Positions 48,431 to 59,961 of a stretch of DNA of 64,000 bases are shown here, piece after piece; positions within the stretch are counted from its first letter, which is position 1; the number at the start of each line of letters is the position of its first letter. Source of the stretch: Amphiscolops sp. MND2022. Its lineage: Eukaryota. The translations under genes and the position numbers were made by a program. The notes under the pieces are model-generated. The model worked only from the letters and a program-made list of their open reading frames with translations, made no database searches and was not told the DNA's origin. The stretch lies in the NCBI GenBank assembly GCA_964187785.1, contig OZ076413.1, positions 48,610,001-48,674,000 on the forward strand. The letters are read 5' to 3'.

Positions 48431-48461
48431 CTATTTAATTCGTTTATCACAACAATTAGGC
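48431..48461 (-). other. Candidate spliced-leader exon sequence, copy 2
   Basis: GCCTAATTGTTGTGATAAACGAATTAAATAG at the 5' boundary of the LINE. Confidence 0.65.
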
Positions 48462-48499
48462 TACCAAGTAGTTGCTACCAAGTAGCAACCTTGAGGAAT

Positions 48500-48738
48500 A
48501 GCCGTGACTTGTCGCTCCGCTTCGTTTGGCTCCTGCATTTAGGGAACTAGGGCGTGAACATAGTTGATTACAAAATAAAATAACCTCGACTAAATCAGCC
48601 ACGCGTTTTCAATGGTATTGAGACTAGTGACCAATAACCCAAGACGTTTAGCATGAAAAAACTAGGCGGAATGACGAAATTCATTCGGACAAATGACTAT
48701 AGGCCAAATTTGGTATTGAGCCTAATGACCATTCACCC
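48500..48738. mobile_element. MITE fragment
   Basis: 48510-48570 matches 11643-11705 inside the first MITE. It ends in A(A)ATGAC sub-repeats and ATTCACCC. Confidence 0.45.
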
Positions 48739-49899
48739 AAATATCAATGGGTTCGCATTCCGTGACAGTTTACAACTACGCTACAGTAACGGATCAAAAT
48801 TTTTACCTGGTTCTCCATTTGGCGTGGATTTCACCATCTTCGAGTTGATTATACACTTTTAGAACATAAAGAGATCAAAAACATCTTTCAAACACAAAAG
48901 TTCATTGATTGATTGAACGGCAAAATCGAACAAGTGCACGTTGGGAGCTTTGACTACAGTCTACCAAGTGGTCCGTATTTCAAGACGGTCGAACGGGAAA
49001 ATATTCACCGGTTTGCACACTTGTTCATGTCGAAAGAATTTTTCAATGTTCCACGAGTTCTAAGAAGCTGAATGTCAGGACAAGTATCAAGAAATTCTCT
49101 AAAAACTGAAATATCAAAAAAGAACTTTCAATGCGCGACAGAGTGCGCTGCATATTCCACAAAATATGCAACGACTAATAGAAAAATCATTACCGCTAAA
49201 GTTTTGACACCTCGGAAGTTTCGACGAGTTTCTTGGAATATCCCGCCACTCTTAACAGTCCTGACAAGATCCTATAAATTCAGAATAAATTTCCAAAGTT
49301 CTTGGCTTCTTGGACATCTTGACTAGATACCGCTCTCTCGGAAACCAAAGGCAAGATTTTGAGATTGTTTGCTCACGATAATTCGTCATTTCGGATATCC
49401 CAGTGGAAACCTATCAATTACAAGGTCAAAGAGGAAGAACCAAGAAGGTGGTAACCATCACCAAATAGCAATCACGGTAAATTCGACCCCTTGAATAGCT
49501 TCATTTTGAACGTTTTAAAAAATGTTTGTAAAACACAGAATAGTTTCAAAGCTTCATCTGCACTGTGCAAAAAATTCAACAAAGCTGCAAGGTGTGATGA
49601 CAAAACAGGAATTGACTGTCACTCTTGAAATGAAAGGATCCACAATGGTTGAGTTTAGTTGAGTGACACTGATTTTTATTGGCTGGGATCAAAATCCATG
49701 GGCTTGTCGGTTTGCAGTTCATGCGTGAACATTGAAATCTTCACCGACAATGCGGGAAAAAATTTAACTTGGTTTTTGCTTAATTTACTTCTGAATTCAC
49801 AGCATCTGTCACCGAACTTTTCCCAAAAGCTCTCCACGAGACTTTGCTTACATTTGTTATGAAAGTGACCGAAAAAGGTAAAACTGCTCTTGTTGTTTT

Positions 49900-52550
49900 C
49901 TTACTTTCATTTAAAGACGTGGCCACCGACGAAAATGTTGTAAGTGAGTCGACTCCAAAATTCATTCAAATTTAGCCTCACTGGTGCTAGTGAAAGTGGA
50001 GTAACATTGAGCACCTTGAAAATGATTCCCAAACTGTCAACAAAACCCTTGGACACTTGGATTTGCAGAGTGAAGGTTCTGCAGTAATAAGGTCTGACAA
50101 GAAATGTATCCTGTCAATAAAACGCCTAAAAGTTATCGTCCCATTTTGCGATCTGCTTCAAAAAGCAACAATCTACACCATTGATTGCCAGAAATCCTTG
50201 CCGGCAAACATATTCTGATACAGTGTAGATCAAGACGTTCTTACACCTACTGAATACAAGATTTAGAATGCTGCTCTGAAAAAAGCTCTTTCATGGTTGA
50301 AAAAAAATCCGATGTTTCAGCATCAAAAACTTTTTCAATAAACCAAACCAGTTAAAACCACAACGGACTAACCAAACTGTTTTTCACTGAGTTGTTAGTG
50401 AATCTGTGGCAAGGAAAAATGGGCAAACCTTGAGGTAAACTATGTGTCATTTGTCTTTTTAACAGAAACTTGGGTTTCGGATGATGTAGGGAGTTCAGCG
50501 ATTTTTTTGGACGATTCGTTTACTGTTATAGCTCGATATGACCGGTTTTTTTGGCTCCCATGATAGCGCTTTGATTCGGGCCTCAATGATGATATCCTAA
50601 AACGTTTGGATATTTCCATAGCTGACTACAAATTTTCTCCAGCCTGTGTTGTTCTTGTTGACGTGAAAGTCCTATGCTTCGTTCTGATTTCATTTCCACA
50701 AACCATACAAGAAAATAGCGTAGATTGTGACATTTTGTCATTTTGCTCACAGTTACAAACCTTGAAATTTGCTTCAATGATCTCTCAATGCGGTTTTGAT
50801 GATGAAAATACATTATACAATCTTGGATAGTTCAATTTTCCTGGATTCGATTGGTAGTCAAAACCAACTTCAAACACCAATGAGCTTTTCGAAACAATTG
50901 ATCTGTCAGCAGTTTCGCAATTGATTGACGTCACACCTCAAACGTTGGGGAACATTCTCGTCCTGATTTTAACAAATGAGGACACTACGTTTTGCAATGT
51001 TAAAGAACAGTTTTTTCACGATCAATTTCTCATTGTTTTTCAAACGTCTCGCTCCCTTCGAAAACCAATGTTTACTGAATAGTTCTTTACACTTTCTTTT
51101 GAACCCGTTCTCTTCAATGGTAATTAGGAAACTTTTTTTTGACTTACCTTACATTTGATACCATGTCTAACCCCATAGAGAGTCTTCAAGTTTTTTCCGA
51201 CTCTCAAAAATAAAAAAACTGGTGTAAAATGGTGAAAAATATAACTCTCCCTAGCAATGGTATGAACATCTAACCCAATACTTCGAAAAACTGTTTGGTT
51301 CCAACGTTCAAAGAGGTACCGTTTACCATTGTCTACTCTTTTCATGCAGTCAACCTTCTCAATCGTGTGGAAACCAGAGGAAACTAAATAAAGGTTGGAG
51401 GCTCCACAAATTAATCAAGCATACTCGCTTGACACCTTCCCTTTTCGAGTCAATGGAACTTGACAAAGACATCTTTATTGAGCAATTCAACATGAAGTCA
51501 CCAACAGATTGTTTCCAACTACTGCGATTTCGACTGTTTGAGTCATTTATATCTCCTGTTCTGTGTTCTCACAACCAAAATTTACGTACTGGAATCCAGA
51601 AAGCAACCTCACTCAATAATAATTTCGGTCAGTATTCTGTATTGAAATCATCAATTCGCCAGGTCTCTCGCTGGCATCGGATCACAAAACGTGCCTGCTG
51701 TGTTGGAAGCTGTCTTATGTTTACCGTGTTCACGAAAATGCTCCCTAAACACAGATCCACTAGTAGATGGTTTGCCTTCTTTGTTTGTTATTTTGAAACG
51801 TATACAATAAAATTTAGAAATCCAAAAATTCGAAGTATTACCAAAAACAGGCACGGCTTCAAGAAAAAACGAAGTACCGTAAACCAGATGATATTGTCTG
51901 TAGAATTCTATTGTAATTTTGTTTCAAACGCACCCTCATTAGCAGCTGCTTTTCACATTGTTAGAATAGCATTCGAATCAGTCTTCATCACTTACTTCCC
52001 TAAAAACTTGTGAATTTCGGTTTCAGTTTCAACTTCATTAGCTTTTTGCCTTTCCATCTGGTTGAACGCTCCCAATGTGTAAACTGCACCATGACCAACT
52101 CAAGTGAATTCTTGCTTGATCTGGTGTTCTCCAGACAATGCACTGTGTCTCCTACTGTTTGTCATGTATGTAAATTATTTGTCAAACTCAATTATATAGG
52201 GTGTTTCTTTTTTGCTTCCGAATGATCTGAAAAAGTTGTTCGAAGTTGATCCCACCGAATTCGAAATGACGTGAACAATTTCTATTTTTGGAGTACAACC
52301 AGCAGTCTCATCTTTCAATTTTCGAAGTGCAAAAATATACCTCTTGATACCTCGTCTTCCATTGACACAAATTCGAGAGGCATATCATTCGCTGTATTGA
52401 TTGTCGAATTACAAAACAGAAGGATACTATCACAGCACACAAAAAAAATCATCCGCCATAGCCCTAATGATATGCGTGTTTTTTGCTGATCAGCACTTTG
52501 TTTCGGAAACTTTTCTGAGTCAGCGCTTTATGAAACAAGACGCCCGCTGA
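49900..52550 (+). mobile_element. Highly degenerate CR1/L2-group LINE (boundaries approximate)
   Basis: Remnant motifs FLTETW (50455-50475), G*FNFPGFDW (50825), GNILVLILTN (50950), HGF.KKRST (51850) and RSQCV (52066). Confidence 0.6.
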
Positions 52551-53913
52551 GCAGCTGGATGTTTCCCGCCCTGAACTGTTTTACTACGAAATGATTTTTA
52601 GGCTGAAAAGTAGCCATTGCACAAGGATATTGTTGAAAAGTTGTCAAAATAAAGCTTTTTCATTCATCCCAACTTTTTGAAAAACCTCTGATTCAAAAAA
52701 AAGTTAAGTGCCGAACTGTTTATATGATGCAATAATTGAAGACAAAAACCTAAACTAACAAATTATAAAATGTTTATATACATGAAAAATCACTAAAAGC
52801 TCAAACAATTGGAAAATATAGTAATTTCGACTTCTTCGAGTAATTTTGAATGGTTGGTTAATATTAACATTGTGTGCAATGTGTGAAAGTTTCCATGGAA
52901 ATGTGTTTTGCAGAGAAACACGCTTGGACTTTTCTGAGCTTTGTTGAATCTGAAGAAACTGCAGAACATTCCTTTGGAAGCCATACTGCAAAGGTAGTAA
53001 TTTCGTTTGAAGCTAAATGATGAATAAATATTTACGAAAAATGTGGAAAAAAGATATTAACGTTTTGGAGGATTGAAAAATGTTTTTTTTCCAGTAATGC
53101 AATTTTTTGGTAGCTACATTTGGTACATTTTTTGTTTTGTCTAAGGTATGCTTTTTCTAAGTTGTAAAAATACTCGGTAAATGTCCAAAAGTAAGAGTAT
53201 GTGGTCGATAAACGAGAGACTTCGAAAATTCTCAGTCCTTTGTGCTCAATATCTAAGAACCCTATCCATTTTCTTTCTCAAAGACCGGTCCAAACATCCC
53301 ATTGTTCCAAGGATGATGTCATCTGATTTTCTTCGCCACGAAACGTCCCTGAATTCAATAAAAATTGGCTCTAATTTGTCAAAAAACAAGGTTCTGCATT
53401 TTTTGGGTGTTTTCGAGACTGATTCTGACAAAAAGTTCTTTTATACTTTTGGAAACGTCTACTGTATACCTTTTTTCTTCTGTTTTGAAAACGAAACAGA
53501 AGAAAAAAGTACGAAACTAGTTTCATCTTCTAGACCTTTTCGTAACTTTGCAATCATCAACGTTTAATAATTTCGAAATAAAACAGTCACTCCAATCAGC
53601 AGAAATTGGATACCCTTGATGTTTTTTCGACTAAATAAAGGTGTTTTTGAGGGACTTCTGTTTCCGGGAACAGTTTCTTCTAACGAACCTACTTCAAACA
53701 GAGTGTTTTCGTTAATGAATGTTTTCATGACACTAACGCCCTATTAAGATCGACAGCTTTACGAACTTTGCAAAATCGAAGCGTCAAAATTTGGAACTTT
53801 TGGATTTTTGACTGCTTAGGTTGACCAATGTAATTTTGTTCTTCCTCAAAAAATGCCACCAGTTTGCTTCGAAATGTGTAATGTCTGGTTACATTATTAG
53901 TTTCAAGTCCACA

Positions 53914-56900
53914 TGTTGTATTCTGTTTGAAACTTGTAAAAGAGTCGTTGTATAAAATTCAACTGTTCTCTAGCTATCTCTTTTTTCATTATCATCAAGT
54001 GATAAACTTCATCTGCTCTTAAGTGGCAGGCAGGTACAAAACTATAAATAGCATCAACATAACAATAAGGCAGACTAATTAGTTTTTGTTAGAGTTTGTC
54101 TGTCCTCTACATTCCCCCCCTTACTATTGGCTGATGATCGGCCAATGGGGTTGCTGGAATGTTTGTTGTGGCGGGTATTCCTCCACTGGTCCAGTTTCTG
54201 GTGGACGGTTGACCGTTCCTGGCAGCTTTGTTTGTTCCGGTTCACGATTGGCCGTAACGTCTGAATGTGTGTGTCTGACCGGTCTAGAGATCGTCTTCTT
54301 TCCCCTCCGGTTGTGCTGTTGGTTGATCCGGTGATGCCGAATTCAGTCTGTTTACGGTGTTTCCTGTAATCATGACAAATGGGATTATTATATCTAATGA
54401 TTGGGTTGGTTTTTATCAGTCTCTTTGATCTGCGAATGGGTTCCTTTTCTTCCTTGTCAATTTCAGTGCTTGAGCTCAAATTGCTCGCTAAGTCTAGATC
54501 AGAATTTTCAAAGTTATCTTCTAAAGCGTTCTGGTTGGAGTTATTATTAATAAGTACCTTACCGTTTTCATCTCTGAGAAAAAGTTCTTGGTCCGCGTTT
54601 TTGGTGTCGGTTATGGCACGGTCTATTTCCGTGTCCGTCATATTTGCTGTGACTATGGTTAGTGGGCCCGTTGTAGTTGCTGCTTGTGGAGAGGTTGAGG
54701 CTGTACGGTCTCGAACCAACTTTGGTCTGCCTCTCCCGATTGTGCCCGTTTTGATTGTTGTATTGGGTTGTGGTTCCGGGGACTTGTTGTATCCATTAAT
54801 GGCGTCTCTGACTCCCTGTCCGATTCGATTACCGTCGTTCGTATGTGTTTGGACGGTGATGTGATAAATCGGCCGTCTGGTCCACGTGGCCCGATCCCTC
54901 TGTTGTTCTGTTCCTAGTTAAAGTTAGAAATGGGTTTACTAATCATTTTTCTATAAAGGATTCTTCCATTTGTTGTGGTTATGGTATGTTTCGTGCCCGA
55001 TACTGCTAATTGTGGTTTATCGGAATATGCACTTTCGAATTTATTACGTTTGTGTTTTTTTTCTAGAAAGAAAAAGGGATAGTTACTAACTCCTTTTGCG
55101 TTTTTCTTCGTCTTCATTGGTAGCTGGTCGGACACACCGCCGGCTCCATTGAACGAGTATACCTGCAAGGTATCTGGTTTTGCTGAAACGGAATTTTTTG
55201 TTAATTTTTCTAGGTTATCAAGTTTCAGTAGGTTACTTATTTCCGTGTTAGGTTTCCGTTCTTAGTGTAATTCAAAGGCGGATTTTTTTACACGCGAGTG
55301 TTTTCCTCATTACGTCTAGTGATAGGTCCAGGGCTTTGCTGAAGCGTTCCCCGTCTTTAATGTTCGTTAGCAGGTTTTCCTTCAGTGTTCTGACCCCCAG
55401 TTCCACTAAACCGGTGGGGGTATGGATATACGGTGTCCCGTATAATAATTTGATATAGTGTTCTTAAAAGAAGTTTCTAAATGCGCGTCCCGTGAAGGCG
55501 GTAGCCTTATCGGTCCTTATCGTTTTAGGGACTCCATTTAATTGAATGTACTGTTCAAGAAATTTTATCGCCGTTTCGCCATCGGTAGACGTACAGAAGC
55601 TTGCCGCTGGCCACTTACTGAACCGGTCCATAGATAGTAAAATGTGAAATCGACGGTTGTCTACCGTGATTGGTCCGATAAAGTCCAATTGAATTTCTTC
55701 GTTTGGATTTTCTAACCGGGGGAGATGGTTCTTTTCCGTACTTGCTATATCAGATTTAATACTCTTACCGGACATTTTGCAGGGGATACATGACTCGCAT
55801 TTCTTTTGAATTGCTTCGGTCATCTTCGGCCACCAGAAATGACTTGCGGCAGTTGTCATCTTATTGATGGCGGGTGGCCTTTGTGTAGTAGGCTGATAAT
55901 CGTTGTTCGGAGATTCTTTGGGACACTTATTTTGTCTTCGATGAATACTAGACCGAACCGGCTTGATAATTTCTTCTTGTAGAGTAGGTATTCGTCTGGG
56001 ATTTGGTCGTGTTGCTGGCGTTCGAGGCAAACCAGTGTTTTTAGTAGGATCGGATCGTTGGTTGTCTCGCTCATTAGCAATTGCAGGTCTGTGGAAAAAT
56101 TCTTTTCGGTTTCTGTCAACGCCTGCTCCAGGTCCCAGTTGTTTGTTTCTTGTCCCAAGACTTTTGGAGCGTGCCCTATTTTGACATATTGCACGCTTTT
56201 AACTCCAACGTAGCGTGCCCAGTTTATTGCGGGTACTTCTAGGATTGACGGGTCTTGATCCGTCTCCGACTCAATCTCGCCCTCTTCCATTGGCATGGGA
56301 GCGAACAATTCATGTCCCGGTGTAGCTGTCGATGGGCCGGGGAGGTCTAAGTTTTGGGCCGGCGTTGGTCTATCCATTTCCCAGAATGGATCTACGGTCC
56401 ACTGTTCGTATCTTCTTGTTTGTGGTTGGAATCCTCCGCTGTGTTGCGGGCCGATTCGTTGTCTCATGAATTGTTCGCCCTGTTCTCTGCCTCGTATGAT
56501 TTGTTGGAGTCTCTCTTCTATTACCCGTCTTTCGTTCCGTAAGAACTTGGGCTCATGGTACTTTTTCCATTTTCCTCCGGTCATACGATTAATGCCGGGT
56601 TTTACGATTTCTTTCCACCATTGAATTAATTCAGTGGTTTCTGCTGAGGAGTCTACTGCTGCCAAGTTATCAATTGTTTTGATATCCATTTTGAAACTTT
56701 CTAAAGCGTTGCGTGTTAATGTTGAGCTGTTAAGACAATCAATGGCGATTTGTTTGCGCGCGTCCTGTGACCGCGGTTTGTTATTTGCGTTGCGTCCGTT
56801 TTCGACCGTCTCGCTTTCTGATTGGTTAACGTGGTTGCTAAGGCAACCGTGCTTGGAGATAAACTTGTAGTGCGGGATGACGTTATTGATGACGTATTCT

Positions 56901-59900
56901 TCGTCGTACGCTTCGTCTGTTTGCGGCGGCGCTGACGGATTTCTGCTCAAGTAAGCCGTAAGTGCTAAATGTTTGCCTGCGATATGGCTTACATTAATAG
57001 TGAAATGTGCCAACCGGTCCAGCCACCTTGTCAGCCGCGCGCTGTACGTTTTATTGGATCGGTTTCGTTTAATCAATGGTTCGAGTGCTTGGTGGTCCGT
57101 GAGTAATTTAATCGGCTTACCGTAAACGTATAATCGGAAGTGTTCTAATCCCCAGACTACGGCTAATAGTTCGAGTTCATTGATCGCGTATTTCTTTTCG
57201 GTGTCTGAGAGGAATCGACTTGCGAAACCTATTGGTTTTAAAATTCCGTCTGGTTGTTCCTGCCAGAGTGTTGCGCCGAGGCCTTTTGTACTGGCATCGG
57301 TTGTTATTATGTTTGGATAATCCGAATTGTAATGAGCCAGACACGGTATTTCCGTGATTTTTTGCTTGAGAATTTCAAAAGCCGCTGTATGTTCTTCCGT
57401 CCATATCCAGTCGTTGTCTTTCTTTAATAACTGTTACAAACTGTCTGTTTGGGAGGAGATATTGTCTATGTACTTGGATAGATATTGGATGGCTCCCAGA
57501 AATGATTTTAATTCTTTTTCGTTATTGGGTTGTTTCAGATTTTTTATCGCCATCAGTTTGTCTTGTAACGGTCTGATACCGTTTTGGTCTATTTTTTGAC
57601 CGATCCATTCTATCTCGGATTTTGAAAAATTCGGATTTGTTTCCGCTGAGCCTGTAACCGGCTTTTTCCAGCCGGATTAGAACTTCTATTAGTTCTTTTT
57701 TATGTTGTTTTTTTGATCTTTTGGTTACGATGATGATGTCGTCTAACCATGCTGGGTGTTTATTTTCCAGTGTTTGGTCAATTTTCTCTTGAAAGATGGA
57801 CGGTATATCCGCCAACCCGTAGAATCCCTTTAGGAACCGGTAGTATCCGGTAAAGTCCCCGCCGGTTACGGCGAAAATACATAGGTTTTGGGCTTCTTTG
57901 GATAGGATTAGCTGGCCATATGCGTAATCCAGATCGAATTTTGATGTCCAGATTTCGTCTGCTGGGCCATCTGCAATTTTTCTTGAGATTCTGGAAATTA
58001 GTTCCTCCATGTTGGGCATTTGTGCCTTTCTTTTGATGGTAATTTCGTTGAGTTTCCGTGAGTCCAGTGCAATTTTTACCGACGTATCTTTCTTTACCGT
58101 GATTACGGCCGGGCTGACAAAGCAGTTTTCATCGATATTGTTCGCTTTTTCGATTTGGCCTTGTTTTATGAGTTTATTTATTTCTTTCCCGACCGATTGT
58201 TGTAAGTGGATCGGTATTGGTCTTCCATTTTGCTGTATCAGTCTTGCGTCTTCTTTCAATTGTATTTTTACCTCAATTCCATTCACGGTGTGGTTTTCGT
58301 TGAAGAGTTTTTTAAATCTTTTCTTCAGGACGGTTACATCCGAGTCCTCGAATCCATGGTTTACCTGTGGATTGATTTTATTGGTGTCGAGTGTTATTCC
58401 CAGTTTCTTCATCCAATCCAAGCCTAATAAGGGGTTAGTTTTCTTTTTTTGTTATTAGGACTTCTAAGTTGTTCCGTTTCCCGTTTATTTCCACTGATGC
58501 AATTGTTTTTCCCTCAAGTTTTATCCGGTTTTCGTTCACGTCTCTGTATTCGGCTCCAATCGGCATCAGTGGTGTTGTGCTGTTGAACTGTGACTTTGGT
58601 ATTAAAGTTACCGGTGAGCCACTATCTATTATGAATTTGATTGGCTGATTGTTAACCAATGCGGTGAGGGTGAAGAATTCTGGACCGTTCTTCTTTGTTT
58701 GGCGTGTTGAATGGACCATTTGATTTACTGAATGGATTGTGTTTGGAGACCAGTCGTCTTCTTCCGCGCTGCTTGCCTCATCGTCCTGTACATGGTTTAC
58801 TCTTTTGTTTGTTCTGCAATATTTTGCGTAGTGTCCGATTTTTTCACCTTTTATGCATTTCTTCCCTTTGGCCGGGCATTCGTGTTGTCTGGACCAATTG
58901 GGTGCGCCGCATCTGTTGCAGTCTACTTTTTTGAATTTTGTCGGTTTTTCCGACAAGTCTTTTGTATTCCTTGTTTTGTTTTATTGAGGTATCTAATTTT
59001 TTTCCTTTTTCTGTTTCGGGTGAGTCGTTCAATTTTTCATACATGTATTCATGTAGTGCCTCGGTGATTGCCTCTATTGACATGTCACTTTTTCTAATTT
59101 TCTTTTTGAGATCGTAGTCACCTGTTGATTTTCCGATGACGGATAGGAATTTCGATGCTAGAAGTTCTGCCGCGGTTATTGTTTCAAATTCGCAATTTTT
59201 CTCGACTTCTAGTATTCGTTTCCATACATCCGCTGCGGACTCTCCGTCTTCCCGTTTGAGGTCGAAGAAATCGGCTCTGCTGTGTTGGACATTTCTTTCC
59301 GGTGTGAAATGTAACCGGAATAATGTATATAGTTTGTATAACGGGAGTGAGCTTGGTTCTCTTTCTCTAACCGTTTTGGTCATTTCCGTGATTGCGTTTT
59401 GTCCAATTGCCAATAGGAATATATCCTTTATTTCCGTTTCCAATTGGTCACGGTACTGTGGTAATATTTCTTTGTTGTTTGTCATCTTTGATAGATCCAA
59501 GTCCTTGGTCTTTTTTATATACTGTACAAACTTTCGCCACCACATGTTGGCATTGGTGTGATCTTGTTTTTCCAATGTTGGGATGGTTAGTTTCTGTGTA
59601 CACGTCCGTTCATTGGTTCTATTGAGTGAGTCGTTTGGTAGCGGTTGGTCACTCGAATGATTTCCCGCCGACGTCCTGTTGGTGGCTCCGTTCCGTGGAG
59701 TAGTGTTTGTGCTGTCGTTCATCTTTGGAGTTGATGTGCTTGTTCTTTGGTAACTCTATGGTTACACTGACTGCGCCATGTTGTTTTCTGTTTTAAACTT
59801 GTAAAAGAGTCGTTGTATAAATTTCAACTGTTCTCTAGCTATCTTTTTTTTTCATTATCATCAAGTGATAAACTTCATCTGCTCTTAAGTGGCAGGCAGG

Positions 59901-59961
59901 TACAAAACTATAAATAGCATCAACATAACAATAAGGCAGACTAATTAGTCTGTCCTCTACA
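53914..59961 (-). mobile_element. Ty3/Gypsy LTR retrotransposon with short LTRs, mildly decayed
   Basis: LTRs 53914-54111 and 59779-59961 (TG...CA), TSD CCACA, PBS TGGCGCAGTC (tRNA-Ser type) at 59778-59769, PPT AAGGGGGGGAA at 54122-54112. Confidence 0.95.
54075..59722 (-). pseudogene. gag-pol of the second Gypsy element (frameshifted)
   Basis: Gag knuckles (CNRCG...HECPA), protease IIDSGSP, RT DSRKLN and WLDDIII, RNase H TDAS and INELELLAVVW, integrase IQLDFIGP and IRTDKATAF. Confidence 0.9.

Larger units (their letters stand above)
43601..48461 (-). mobile_element. Full-length decayed APE-type LINE (I/Jockey-group-like): 31-nt leader, ORF1, ORF2, poly-A
   Basis: ORF1 has a degenerate PHD finger (VCKQNF..NDKSIQ*NGC...HSSC...HWY*), an RRM-like region (VIIKRVPTDID) and zinc knuckles. 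ORF2 has endonuclease, RT and CCHC. A8 tail at 43601-43608. Confidence 0.85.
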
